DNA of 57,685 bases, counting the filler, from Nemertoderma westbladi (Eukaryota; Animalia; Xenacoelomorpha): assembly GCA_032718475.1 (NCBI GenBank). It is 2 parts of 2 records of this genome, joined end to end, with 100 filler letters (N's around TTAATTAATTAA, not from the genome) between each part and the next. Parts side by side here need not be neighbours in the genome. Positions count along the whole stretch, not along the records: positions 1 to 27,255 come from JAUCBJ010003438.1; 1 more part is not named here. One strand, 5' to 3'. How positions within the stretch are numbered: the stretch's first letter is position 1; each line of letters opens with the position of its first letter. Below are positions 1 through 12,617 of the stretch, one piece after another. A program made the translations under genes and the position numbers. The notes beneath the pieces are model-generated. The model ran no database searches, was not told the origin of the DNA, and saw nothing but the letters and a program-made list of their open reading frames with translations.

Positions 1-236
1 TACCTGGTAGTTGGACGTGACACTATCCGCCGGGCCCTCCCTCCCTCCCTACCTGGTAGTTGGACGTGACACTATCCGCCGGGGTCCCTCCCTCCCTACC
101 TGGTAGTTGGACGTGACACTATCCGCCGGGGCCCTCCCTCCCTCCCTACCTGGTAGTTGGACGTGACACTATCCGCCGGGGTCCCTCCCTCCCTCCCTAC
201 CTGGTAGTTGGACGTGACACTATCCGCCGGGGTCCC
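1..236 (-). repeat. 47-51-bp tandem repeat copying the UPF1 exon-2 3' end and its splice donor
   Basis: Unit (minus) CCCCGGCGGATAGTGTCACGTCCAACTACCAG|GTAGGGAGGGAGGGAGGG. Donor copies at 201/200, 150/149, 100/99, 53/52 and 4/3. Runs off the window. Confidence 0.95.
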
Positions 237-707
237 CGCATTCGATCTCAACTCCAACCCGAACTCATCCCCTAGATTGTTGGGAACCTTGGATATGTGT
301 CCGACCCCTTTCCACGGTTTGTGCAGCTCTCCGCAGTACTGCAACCTCAGCTCGTCTCCCGGCATTAACTTCATCCCTTCATCCGTTTGGGGCAGCGAGA
401 AGTAAGCGATTCGCTTTTTATTCAACCCGATGTCCCATCGGACCGATATTTTATCCTGCGTCTGCGACTCCTTCAGTTTCTTATCGTAGTCAGCCTCGAG
501 TTTAACAAGGGGTCCGAAGGTGTTCTGGTACTGGTAGGCGTCCTCGTATCTTAGCAACACGGGTTGCATCTCCACATCGACTCCGGGTTTCTCAAGGTCT
601 TCCAGCACCGCGTCTGGGTTCTCCTTCCATAACTCCTCCAATTTGTTGATCTTCTCCGCTGAGATCTGACGGGCTCGCATCTGGTCCTGATCCGACGGGA
701 TCTTAAC
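201..707 (-). CDS. UPF1: UPF1 coding exon 2 (stalk/1B region); the gene continues beyond the window edge
   Basis: Acceptor CAG|GTT at 708/707 after a 107-bp intron rejoins ...NWL|[15 protein letters not shown]...[31 protein letters not shown]. Ends TAC CAG|GTAGGG at 201/200; 507 nt, phase 0, where UPF1 normally continues VDFVWK. Confidence 0.93.
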
Positions 708-814
708 CTGATAAAAGTAAATTTTCAAGTTAAAAGTAAAACAATTACAGAATTGAATACCGGTATCATTTCTTATCATTATTAGCACAAATACGAATTA
801 CCATTCGCACTTAC

Positions 815-1483
815 CAGCCAGTTGAGAAGACAGCGATCGTCTATTAGAGGTTTCCATTTCGTCTGGTCCCAGTTGCGGTCCTTGACGCTGGCCTGGGCCG
901 CGCACGGTATGCGACACAGCAGTACCACCACGGAATCCGCCTTGGCGGGTATGAAACCCAACACGAAGACGTTCCTACACGCGCAGTTGTAGCACTCGAG
1001 GACCGTCTCACCCAGGGGGCCGTCCTTGTGGAGGGTGAGCTCCTTGTGTTTGGCGCGCACTATGTGATTGATTATATGACTCCCGCTGGTGTTTCCACGG
1101 CTGTTGCAAAACCACTTCTTGCATTGGTTGCAGTGGATAACGGCGGAAGGGTCGTGAATTCCGCAGTACTTACAGGCGTGTGGCGGGAGGTCCTTAGTGT
1201 AGTAGAATCCGTCGTCGTCATCTTCTTCGAAGTTTAGTTCCGCTAGTTGCTCCCCCACCGCGTTGACTTTATCTTGTTTCGCGTCGTTTTGTTGAACCGG
1301 GGCGTCTTTCTCCTGCGTCAGCCCCTGCGAGAACGCGCCCATCTGGCTCTGTGTCTGGGATGGGATTGTGAAATCGGTGAAGTCGTAGTCGGTGCCCTGG
1401 GTGTCAGCGCCCAGTAGGTCTCCCTCCTCTGGGTCAAGGAAGGTCAGGGTCTGGGAACCGGGTCCGTAGCTTTCCACATTCAT
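815..1483 (-). CDS. UPF1: Regulator of nonsense transcripts 1 (UPF1), coding exon 1: N-terminus and CH zinc-binding domain
   Basis: Translation [17 protein letters not shown]...[11 protein letters not shown]...[31 protein letters not shown]...VLECYNC...[19 protein letters not shown] matches the UPF1 CH domain. Ends CTG|GTAAGT at 815/814; 669 nt, phase 0. Confidence 0.96.
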
Positions 1484-3052
1484 TGTGTTAACTGACTCTT
1501 TATTAATTGAAGTAGGGGTGAGCGATACGATACTATTAAACTACCTTCATTTAGGCTGTTAGGTACGGAACCGGTAGTATTAATTTAACAATTAATGATT
1601 TTAATACTGGCTGACTGGTAATTAATTATTAATTAAAGTAGTTGGATAAGCATATGTACGTACAGGTATCCATCAATGATAGCCAATTCAATTGCAGAAT
1701 TGTAGTCTTACGTACAAAATTTATCAAAAAGCTAAATACAACAATTAATTGCACCGGTCAGCCGGTAGGCCTAATCCGGTTTCCACCGGCGGTTTATTTC
1801 TCCCCATGATAAAAAATATTAAATCGTATAACACGAACAGACAGACAGAAATAAAATATAAAGAAATTAAAAATAAAAGGTAAGACAAACTATTTATTAT
1901 AGAACTAAGCTTTGCTTTACTCAGATACTGCTTTATACAGATAGATACATGCAATGCACAATGCAGCAATGCAAAGTAAAATTGAGACAAACAATATGAT
2001 AATATAAAAAATATGTTATTATATAATTGATAATTATAATATGATATAAAAAATATGATAATAAGTCAATAAGGCCCCTATGTGTAAGACAGTAAGATGT
2101 ATTATAGGTCAACGGCAGCCTGCCTGGAAAACCTGCACCGCATCGCCTTTCACCATCGTCAATTCCGATTCGGACCGAATTCGTCGGGCTCGAGCCTACC
2201 TAGATTTTAGATAGATAGGCCTAGTAGATCTGTAGATACTGAGATAGCATGATAGATAGAGGCCACACAATACAGCAATAAAGTATTTTATGTATTATAG
2301 GAATTTTATGATTGGGCTTCATAAATAATACCGGTATGTAAAGTAAACAAGATAACTTGAATATAATATAATACATACATAGGCCTACCCTACCCTACCC
2401 GTTCCGTATACAATCTTTGTACCAACATACTGACATACAATCTTTTAATATTTTAAAATAATATGTACAGTACAAGTGCAGAAGTGTATGACAATGACGG
2501 TTGTTGCAGTGTTGTACAGTATATATTATTAATATTACTGTCTGTCAACAGTCGGGGAGAAGTTATATTTTCAACTGAGTTGAAATTTCAACTTTATTTT
2601 TTAAAATTCATCTTTTTATTAAAATTCAACTTTTGGAGCAGGGTCTAAAATTTAACTTTTTTTTTAAATTAAACTTATGGAGTAGGTTTTGAAATATTGA
2701 AATATGGAGTTGGAATCCATTACTGGTATTCCATTGTATAATAGGCCTAATTATGACATGACATGAATTGAATTTGTTTAATGACCATATCAGGAACAGA
2801 CATTACAGTAAAATAAACAACTTAATCAGAGTAAAATAATACAATATAAACAACAATTAATATATAAGTTAGATATATGAACTTTACAGATTTAATATTA
2901 ATTACTAGATTTAAAGATATTTAATCAAAAATTGTAACATTACTCAACGCCGTTAGTATTAACTTAACAGTGAGTTTTTATTTAGCACTTTACAACTTTA
3001 GAGGACATTACAGCATTGTATTGGCCTGTACATTTAGTATTGTATTTGGTGT

Positions 3053-3143
3053 TATTGTTTAAGTGGTAACCCATGATGGCGTTAAGTAATGTCCACTAAG
3101 GGGACATTACTTAAAGTCGTCATTGGATACCACGTAAACAATA
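3053..3143. repeat. Imperfect hairpin (about 42-bp arms), MITE-like
   Basis: tattgtttaagtggtaacccatgatggcgttaagtaatgtcc ... ggacattacttaaagtcgtcattggataccacgtaaacaata. Confidence 0.6.
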
Positions 3144-3414
3144 GGTGGAAATTTGCCTGACAGCCAGATAGACCTACTGCATTACCTACCAGTAGGCGGG
3201 GTATGTATAGCTATTAATAACCAGTAGAGCTAGAGCCTAGCTATATTATTATAACATGGCTCCAAACGCCACCATAAATATAAGCTAACTTATTTATAAC
3301 ATAATTTATGTTATTTTGACATTTATTTATACAGCAACTAATATAATTTGTGCAGTTTCTATCACTTATAATGTATATGTACAATCATTTCATAATGTTA
3401 AAATTTTAAAATAA

Positions 3415-3565
3415 AACTACATACATACTTGTTGAAAAGTACTTTACAGTGTTCTGATCCTTAAGGCTTTATTGTCACTCACTCACTAACGTTCATTCGT
3501 GTAACAAAGCCACTCGGATCATCACACTGTAAAGTGCTACTTTATACACAAGTATGTAAATAGTT
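3415..3565. repeat. Imperfect palindromic element, probable non-autonomous DNA element
   Basis: Arms aactacatacatacttg...ctttacagtgttctgatcc / ggatcatcacactgtaaag...caagtatgtaaatagtt. Confidence 0.5.
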
Positions 3566-4959
3566 ATTACACGTCTTTACTTTACGTAAGATTTCTGATT
3601 TATAGGCTAATTAAAATATAACGCAAATAGTCTTCTGACCATGCTTGTTGTTAGCACCAACGGCTCCTAAAGAAAGTATGTATTTAAGTTCTAGAATAAA
3701 ATAAATTGGATCAGTTCCACGAAGTTTGCATGAATCAAGTAGTCAATGCACTGAATGTCACACTACCATGCACAATGTCTATTAATTAATAAAATATTTA
3801 ATATTTGCAGAACCGATAGGTTATAATAAGATAATTTAATCCATAGTTCAATTAAATTAAAAATTAAATCGAATATAAGTTCAATTCAACCATGTAAATA
3901 ATTTTTCTAAAACGTATTGTGGGATTTGGGAATGTCATAGATTAATAATGAAATATTAGTTTAGATGTCCTGTTATCATTAATTTATGACAATACAATAT
4001 AAATAGGGCCTACATTATAAAGACTTACATTAGTTAATTATGAATAAATATATAAAATAACATTCTAAAACGTATCTTACATTAGTTAATTACATGACTT
4101 ACATTAGTTAATTATGAATAAATATATAAAATATAAAATAACATTCTAAAACGTATCAATGATCAATATCATATAAGAAAAAGTGGCGCCTGTAGTGAGG
4201 GAGCCATATCTTGAGTAAAATGAAGCGTGCAAACTATAAAATATAATGTTAATGATTAATAAATATTTAATTATCAGGGTCTATTATAAACGTATGCTGT
4301 TTCCATTGAATTTTTCCATGAATCGGTGCACAATTGTAGGAGATCGACACAATCGGGACCTTTCTTGAACAGGTTAAGCGATTTTGCGCATGCGACTGAT
4401 TCTAGAAGGGAGATCCACAAATCCAGCCGTCAAAAAGAGAAATAGCTAGAAAAGCTAGCCCGGTTGGATTGAGGTATGTGAAGCTTTCGGGGATGTCCAC
4501 ATGTTCGAGTTGATGCGAGTGTAATCAATCGGTTGACAGTTAGAGGAGTCAATCCGGATAACATTTTGTATATTTAAATTAGATCAGCAGCAATCCGCCG
4601 TTCCTCCAATGGTTTTAAACCGCATATCTTTAGTCTATCTCTGTGGTCGCATCCATCCCACATCCATAGGCCCTATAGCCTAGGAGACATCGTCAGATCG
4701 TGTGACGTGTGACACTGTGAAGTTCCTTTGAACTTTCTCCACTATGTTTATGTCACGATCGAGATCGGGGCACCATATATTACAGTATTACAGCGGTAAT
4801 TTAATACATCTAATAAATTCCCATCTGCCCGTAGTTTTTCAACTACCAAGGTTAAGGCTGAATCACCAGCCGATCGCCTCAATGGTTGGAATGGAAGGCC
4901 CACTTCGAAAAGCTCCTCAATAATGACAGGGTATTGCCTGATAACTTTATAGTTTTTAA

Positions 4960-6796
4960 GTAAAAGTGTCTGAGTCTGTACTCCCAGATATTCCCATTGG
5001 TGATATCTCCTTTGCAGAAGTGAAGGCTGCCGCAAAGACCATTAAGACCAATCGTGCCAGTGGAGTAGATGGTGTTCCCCCTGAGGTCTTTAAAATACCT
5101 GAGTGTTTAAAGCTCATCTATCCCATCATAGTAGACATGTACCGTACAACAACAGAACAAGAGTCCCACAAGAAATGAAAACAAATAAGTTGGTGCCAGT
5201 TCCCAAGAAGGGCAACCTAACACTCTATGGTTCTTTTCGGGGAATCTCATTGATCTCGATTGCTGCAAAGCTATACAATAGAATTCTATTAAATCGCATC
5301 AGGGATCTCATTGAGAGACTGCTCCGTGGAAATCAGAATGGGTTCCGTAAAGGTCGTGGGACCATGGAGCCCATTTTGGCACTTAGAAGGATATTTGAAG
5401 AGTTATCAAAAAAGGAAGACAGGCATCTGGCTATCTTTGTTGACTTCTTCAAGGCCTTTGATTCAGTCTCTCGCTCACGTATGTTCAGCATACTTTCATT
5501 ATACTGTTATATGGGATTCCTGATGAAATTATTGCAGCAATCATATCAGTATACGATGGTTCGACAACATTTGTGTCTAATGTTGACGATGACACAGAAA
5601 CAGAACCATTGTTATGGGGGGCGTCCTCCAGGGAGACACACTTGCACCATTCTGGTTCATAATTGTTGTTGACTATATTCTACGCATGTCCTTAGATCAT
5701 CATAATGATGATATGTGTTACCGGTACCAGTGTTATGGGGGCGTCCTCAAGGGAGACACACTTGCACCATTCTGTTTCATAATTGTTGTTGACTATATTC
5801 TACGCATGTCCTTAGATCATCATAATGATGATGGGGTGATGATAACTCCACCTACTGGCTCCAGACTTCCAGAAGTCGAGGAAATCCTGCCAAGTACCTA
5901 ACTGATCTAGACTTTGCTGATGACTTAGGAGTACTCTCAGAATCACTAGAGGGAGCCCAACGGCTCATCAGCTCAATGGAACATGCTGGTATGCTGCTTC
6001 TAGTGCTGGTCTTTTTATTAACTCCAGAAAGACCAAAATTTTGACAGTTAACTTTGAAAGTCCTCAGCAAGTCTCTGATCTGATGAGCATAAGCTCAAAA
6101 GATGGTATGCTTGAGCATGTGGATGACTTCTGTTACCTGGGATCATGGATCCGGAAGTCAGGTGACAGGTGAGGGAGGACCTTCGAATACGTAAGGGAAA
6201 GGCATGGGCAGCCTTGAATAGGCTTTCCAGGATTTGGAAGTCACCGAGAATTAATCGGAAACTTAAGGTCCGGTTATTTAGAGCTGCAGTAGTTCCAGTA
6301 CTCCTCTATGGGAGTCCATGCTGGGCTCTAACCTCTAACTGATGAGGACACCAAATCTCTGGATGGCACATTCACAAGAATGCTACGCCGGGCTGCCGGG
6401 TTCATTGTGTCAAGTTCAATGCACGCACACATCTCCAACCAGACACTATATAACATTGGAGGTGTCTCATTGGTTCCCCCAAGCTTGACACTAGAACAAA
6501 ATCGCCTCCTCTTTGCAGGACATTGCTTTCGCCGTGAGGACCAGCCAGTGCATAATCTTGTACTTTGGCAGCCTCATGGCAGCATGGAGTGAATAAGCAT
6601 GGTGGACAGCCCATGACTTTCTTGAGACGCATCTTAAAGGACACTGGCCTTGAAGATGCGGATGATCTACAGATCTAGCAAATGTCATGGGTGATAGGCA
6701 GATAGGGAGTTGTGGCGGTGCAATTTTGTCGTTAAGCCGGCACAGCATTCTTAAAAATGCAGCTGCAATGCAGCATGCCGATCCTAGTAGTCGTAG
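4960..6796 (+). mobile_element. Decayed, 5'-truncated non-LTR retrotransposon (RTE-like reverse transcriptase) with (TAG)n tail
   Basis: Frameshifted RT motifs ASGVDGVPPE, VPKKGNL..FRGISLISIAAKLYNRILLNRI, NQNGFRKGR, FVDFFKAFDSV, GVLQGDTLAP, DLDFADDL, FCYLGSWI. Internal duplication with 120-bp period at about 5605-5832. Tail CCTAGTAGTCGTAG. Confidence 0.88.
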
Positions 6797-7189
6797 TTTA
6801 TATAGTTTAATAATTAATAATATAATCCAATAATTTAATCTGCTGTTTTGAGCCTCCTGCCATTTTAGAATTCAATTTACAGATTTCTGGATTTACAACT
6901 TAAAAGTTGAATTTAAAAAAAATTAATTTCAACTCAGTCGAAGTCAGTTGAAATTTGAACTTTTCCCCGACTGCTGGACAAACAACCTTGCTTACAGCCT
7001 TAATTTACAGATTTAGTACCGGTACTTATTACAGTATTACTTGTACTGTCAGAATGTTATAGGCCTAGATCAGTACAGTAGATATATGCCTATTATATGT
7101 CAGTATGTACCGGTACATAATATAATATTGCATTGCAATACACAATAACTGAATTCTGGGCACAACCGGCAGACCGGTAGGCCTATGGT

Positions 7190-7380
7190 TCAGTGGTTCG
7201 GCACTATAAAAGACAACGAGGGGCACAGAATTATCGAAACTATGATAATAAAACTCTCAATAATGCAGTAATGCAATTCGCCGAGTTAAAGAACATGGAG
7301 AAAGTATGAAATGTGTAAGTGAAAAGCTGAAAATACCATATGGGACACTGTGGAATAAAAATAATAAGCACCACGACTCC
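7190..7380 (+). pseudogene. pogo/Tigger-like transposase N-terminal HTH_psq fragment
   Basis: VVRHYKRQRGAQNYRNYDNKTLNNA / AIRRVKEHGESMKCVSEKLKIPYGTLWNK, with one frameshift at a TAATGCA duplication. Confidence 0.7.
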
Positions 7381-8038
7381 ATGAGGGATTAGCTGGCCTA
7401 CAGCAATGACTAATGGAGAGGAAGTGAAAGTTGTACAGGCTAACAGGCAGACAGGCCATATCTTAGCTCGTTGGAAAAAACCAATTGAAGGGATTGAAGT
7501 CAGTTCAGTACCCTATAAGCATTTGACGTCTATTTTTACACCTTAACAGGTATGTGGACGTCATTTTACGTCAATTATGTTTGTTGCAAGAACTCATCGT
7601 TTTGATGGTTGATGTAATTACGTAAAATTACGTCTTGAACACGTCTTGTTGACACGTTCCTGTATGAGACTTATACATGGTGGATAAAATTACCTAAAAT
7701 GACGTGTTGAACACGTCTTGATGGCACGTATCTGTTTGATACTTTTCATGGTGGAAATAATTACCTAAAATGACGTCTTGACGGCACGTATCTGTGTGAT
7801 GCTTTTCATGGTGGAAATAATTACCTAAAATTACGTCTTGAACACGTGTCTTAATGACACATCTACTTACCACTTACAGACGTACCTACTGACTGACTAC
7901 AGTACGAGTACAGTATATTTAAATTAGTACAGTAGTAGTACCGGCAGACCGGTGCGGTACTACAGTACTACATACTACATGCTACTGCTGGAGCTGGAGT
8001 ACAGCTGTACAGGCTGACAGGTGACAGGATTGTCATTT

Positions 8039-11000
8039 GGGTAAATCTTTTCGACCTACGCGTAGGCCTACGCGTAGCTACGCGTAGCTACGCGTAGCTA
8101 CGCGTAGTTCGCAACATTGGGTCATATATCACCAGTTTCAGAGTTTAAACAATAACTACGCGTAGGTGCTACGCGTAGCTACGCGTAGGTGCTACGCGTA
8201 GCTACGCGTAGGTGCTACGCGTAGCTACGCGTAGGTCCTACGCGACCTACGCATAGGTGCTACCCATAACTATGCCTATACGTCGTTTATCATTAGTAGG
8301 CTTACGTATTCCAAGCGAGTCAGTACTAAAATAAGACACAATACGGTATGTTCAATAAACAACCCACAACCATCAAATGCTTTCAACAGTAATGTATCCT
8401 ATACCTGTATACTCTATATAGAGGAATACGCGAAAACTACATATTCTTCACTTCATGCGTTGCGGGCGGTAAAATGTGTTAATAATTAATGTTTAGAGTT
8501 CAAAAATAGTTTACAAAGGAAATAGGCCGATGGTTCTTATCGATTCTCTATGCTTTTTATTGCCTTTTGTTCACGATAGGGCAAGGATATACTGTATTTA
8601 ATATGTTAACCCCTTGACAAGGGGAGGGGGAGACTAAATTGTCTACCATGATTGGTTGCACAACAAACAATTTGATTATATGCAGTATTTATCAGCTTTC
8701 GCTTAACCTCTTCACCGGTAGACTGGTCGCTTTATTTACTACTATTCAATATTTAAATAATCCAATGGAAACAAAGATCCCTGCAAACAATGTATGGTTA
8801 AAAAGCTGTTATTAAAATGTTATTTAATGACATAGATAACATTATTTCAAATTGTTAGATTAATGATAAAAAAACTGTAAATTGGCCAAGAAATATGACG
8901 TTATATACTAACGTTATTATTTCGTTTTTAATAACATTAAAATAACAAAGCCAGGATGGTTACATATATCATTACTTTTATGTTATTCCTTATCATTATT
9001 ATTGTATTTTTATTGACATTAAAATAACAACGGCATAATGTTTATTTAGATCGTTACTTTTATGTTATTTCTTAACATAAAAATATTGTTTGCTAAAAAC
9101 GTAACATTATACGTGCATTTAAGCCCTTCTCTCATGTTTTATGGTAGGTTCGCATGCACAAACTAATAATCCCCCTCCATTGCCGTTCTTTATATCGTTC
9201 TTTATAATTGCCAAACCCTTTATTGAATAATTCATTAATAATTTCCCTACGCATGTTGATATATGATAGTGGCAGGCTACAATCTCTAACACAGTTTGAT
9301 TGAATACAATTTTGTTGTAGGCAATGTATGCAAATTAATAACAATTAAAACGTTTAACATGAATTGAATTTTTTGTATAATGACCAGTCAGGATCAAATA
9401 ATAATGAAATAAACAGCAAAATCAAAGTAAAATATCACAGAATAAGTAAAACAAATATATGGCTGTATGGCCCATTACGTAAATGGTTTTGATATTTCGG
9501 TTAAAGTTAATCACAGACTTAAAAAGAATATGTTTATGACGTAATAATAAGTGACAACAACGTAATGAATTGCATCAATTAAAATACTTTGAGTTAATAT
9601 TATTCACTAGATTTATAGATCTGATTTGTAGTCTATACAGTATAAAATAATGTACATATAGTGGGTTTAATAAATAATACCTCACAACAATGTTAAATTA
9701 TTAAAAGGAGCAGTTTACAGTTGGCTACGGAGGCACATTATTATATCGTACGGGTAAATAAAAAAAAACAGGTTACAGATTTATTTCTATGAGAGTAATC
9801 AGTACTTATTTGAATCGATATCTCCCTGGAGAGGGATGATTTTGATTGCATCGCAAATCCACCCTATCTGAACAAATCATATTTAAAAAATTAAATGTTT
9901 ATTATAATTATAGCTGAGTGAGCTTCATTTATTAAACTGTAAAAATAAATCAATAGGCCTAGGCCCTACAAAAGTACAATCTAAAAACTGAAACAATAAA
10001 TAGTTTGTAATAACAGTTAATGTGAAGTTTTCAAATCGAATCGAAAGTTTTGTAGTAATGTTGTCCCTGTGCCCTGCCCCTTCAACTGAAAACTGGGACC
10101 TCCCAATAATAAGAATTCCAATCTTTAGTCCTCGGCTGTTGAAATCCACCATCAGTACAGACAAATAAGTCAATCCTCCACCTGTCAGTGCTGGTTTAAG
10201 GGGATTTCCTGGTCCTGGCAGACTTGAATTCTGTAATTGGTAGGTCTAATGCAGTAATGTGTGAATCCAGAGGGTATAGGCGAACTCGCATTCAGGTAGA
10301 TATGTTTAATTTATGAGTTCAGGTTAAATAAATCACAAAACCAAAACTATAAAACCAAAAATATAAGCTACTGTACAGTGCAGTAGGCCTGCAGTAACTA
10401 CACTACAGCACTACTGTAATATAGATATAGGCCTTGCAGTACAGCAGTATAACAATACATATACACAATAAACATTGAATACAGGCATGCCAGAATGAGT
10501 ATTGTACAACATACCATACTGTATACCATTTACATGTGGAAAATTCCTCCATTACCGCGAATTTTAAAATTAGCCAATCATCAATCTCAGATTAGATAAT
10601 AGAAGTGACAGCGTCTATCGCATAATGTTTATTTTATGTGACAAAATAACATTGTTCTGATATGTAACAAACCATGTTCTTAAAATGTTAGAACTAAACA
10701 CTTATAAAACATTTTTGACTAATGTTTATGTTCTCACATTAAAATTACGTTTTTTTAACATCAACAGTTATCATTTATTTAATGTCTGACAAAGACATTA
10801 TAGAGTAATGTTAAAATAACATATATTGAACATCTAAATATTCTATCAAACAAGGGAATAACATTTATCAACATTTATAACAAATTAATGATGTTTTTCT
10901 GACATTCCTTGAAAGTAAATTGTTTGCAGGGATACTTGAATCATGAGACGTGAATTTTAAGTTTACTTTTTATTCATCCTCTGTGTTTGTATGTGAAAGA

Positions 11001-11395
11001 GCCGAATATTATTTATTACCAGTGCTGTATGTAGAGATATGAGTTTCCGATTCTGTTATTACATTTGTCTGATAATCAGATACCTGACATATACCGATAC
11101 TTGCCTAACAACTCAACCCTACCGGACCTGAAATGAAAAATCATTGTTATCAGGACTGCTACGCGTAGCACCTACGCGTAGCTACGCGTAGCACCTACGC
11201 GTAGTTTCAAAATACCTACGCGTAGTTCCAAAATAACTACGCGTAGTTTTAAAACACCTACGCGTAGTTGTTAAAAAGGCAGTAAGTCTGGCCCTACCGG
11301 TAAATGACAGGAATGGAAGTTACAAACTACGCGTAGCTACGCGTAGCTACGCGTAGCTACGCGTAGGCCTACGCGTAGGTCGAAAAGATTTACCC
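8039..11395. mobile_element. Non-autonomous TIR element with 8-bp TSD (GG..CC termini, Merlin-like)
   Basis: 71-bp perfect TIRs (8039-8109, 11325-11395) GGGTAAATCTTTTCGAC followed by repeats of the palindrome CTACGCGTAG. TSD TGTCATTT at 8031-8038 and 11396-11403. Superfamily is inferred only. Confidence 0.85.
8779..10931. mobile_element. Non-autonomous EnSpm/CMC-like element
   Basis: 13-bp TIR CCCTGCAAACAAT...ATTGTTTGCAGGG, AT on both flanks (2-bp TSD), subterminal AATAACATT/AATGTTATT-like repeats. Confidence 0.75.
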
Positions 11396-11902
11396 TGTCA
11401 TTTCACGTTTGAACCACATGCTGACATGGCTGCTGACCTGCCTGGCCTAACATATCCTGCAGTCCTGTTTGGTGGCCTCCTGGCTGCCTGGCCTCCATCC
11501 TGCAACCTCTGGACTCTTAAATTTCTTCTTACCAGTCAGCCAGTAACCTTATGTAGTACAGTTGTGCAGTAGTACTGTAGTAGGCCTACACCTACAGTAC
11601 TGCAGTACTGCAGTATCCCTATTGAAAAGTTTTACATGTACGCCGACAGCAGGCAGGCTGAACACGTTCGGAAGTTCGGCACAGCTTTTCAACTTGCAGA
11701 CTCTAAACACCCAAATCACACAAAATTGACCAAATCTGCAAATCAAATCACACCAAAAACATACAGCCCATATGTCTAACACAATTGTTCTTTACGTTCA
11801 TCTAATAATGTACCGTCCCGTCATCATAATGTTCCCACTTCCCACACACTATACTGTAGTATTCACACATTTTTCGTATATTTTCGTATATTTGCTATTT
11901 AG

Positions 11903-12016
11903 GACATCTTAGTGTCGGGCATCAAGCCTTCTTCAAAATTCAATTCGATACAGCGGCTACATCCTACCCCATCACCGCTCGACGTTGGTTATTTTAGAGA
12001 TTGCGACAATATTTCT
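11903..12016 (+). CDS. Probable upstream exon of the DUF4806-like gene
   Basis: TTTAG| ... |GTAAGT; 114 nt open (DILVSGIKPSSKFNSIQRLHPTPSPLDVGYFRDCDNIS); phase-compatible with the acceptor at 12617/12618. Start exon not identified. Confidence 0.5.
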
Positions 12017-12617
12017 GTAAGTCATTATTTTCAAAATGTCACCGAGACTGTCTGATGTGTCTGTATATATACAATAATATTTACTTAATAAAATGACTTT
12101 ACTTAAAATGACTCATGCAATATCAGGTCTCCGTCAAATAAGGGGACAACTGACAAAGCAGTGCAAATTATATTTATACAAAACACTATAACACCATAAC
12201 TATTGCTGCGAAATTTTGTGAACAAATGTGTTAAAGTCAAAGTCAACTTAACATTAAAGTATAGAACATCGCCGTGACACAAAAGTCGACCCCCCCCCCC
12301 CCCCCCCCCCCTCCCTCTGCCACAAAATGTCACGCAAGCTCGACGAACACCCCCCCCCCCCCCCCCCCCCCCCCACAAGTGCGTGAGTGACATACTTTAT
12401 GAGCGCCCCTAGTTCCCTATATGGTTATATGCTACTTGTTTGGCTTTTAATATAGCACCATGACAATAAAAATATTAATCAGGTTGCAATCAAGTACCGT
12501 ACCTATACTTATTTTTTCAATTGGAATCAAATGGATCTGGTTCGATTCCTCGATTCAGTACATCTCATCAGTTATTAGTTTGTATAAAAATCACCTTTTT
12601 GTTTATTTTTGTTTTAG

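Larger units (their letters stand above)
2549..6973. mobile_element. Degenerate TIR element ends (CAG-terminal, hAT-like) enclosing the LINE fragment
   Basis: Left CAGTCGGGGAGAAGTTATATTTTCAACTGA; right end reverse complement CAGTCGGGGAAAAGTTCAAATTTCAACTGA. No clean TSD (tctgtcaa vs ctggacaa), so the ends may belong to two copies. Confidence 0.5.

Noticed and set aside
1-236. New intron created by tandem duplication of an exonic AG|GT (duplication model of intron gain)
   Set aside because: The unit's post-GT part (GTAGGGAGGG) does not encode the expected VDFVW continuation, so it copies pre-existing intron sequence. The far end of the array is not visible.
96-1483. Two separate proteins or a frameshifted UPF1 (ORFs 782-1483 and 96-788)
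   Set aside because: A canonical 107-bp GT-AG intron (708-814) joins them in frame; the ORF ends are intron read-through.
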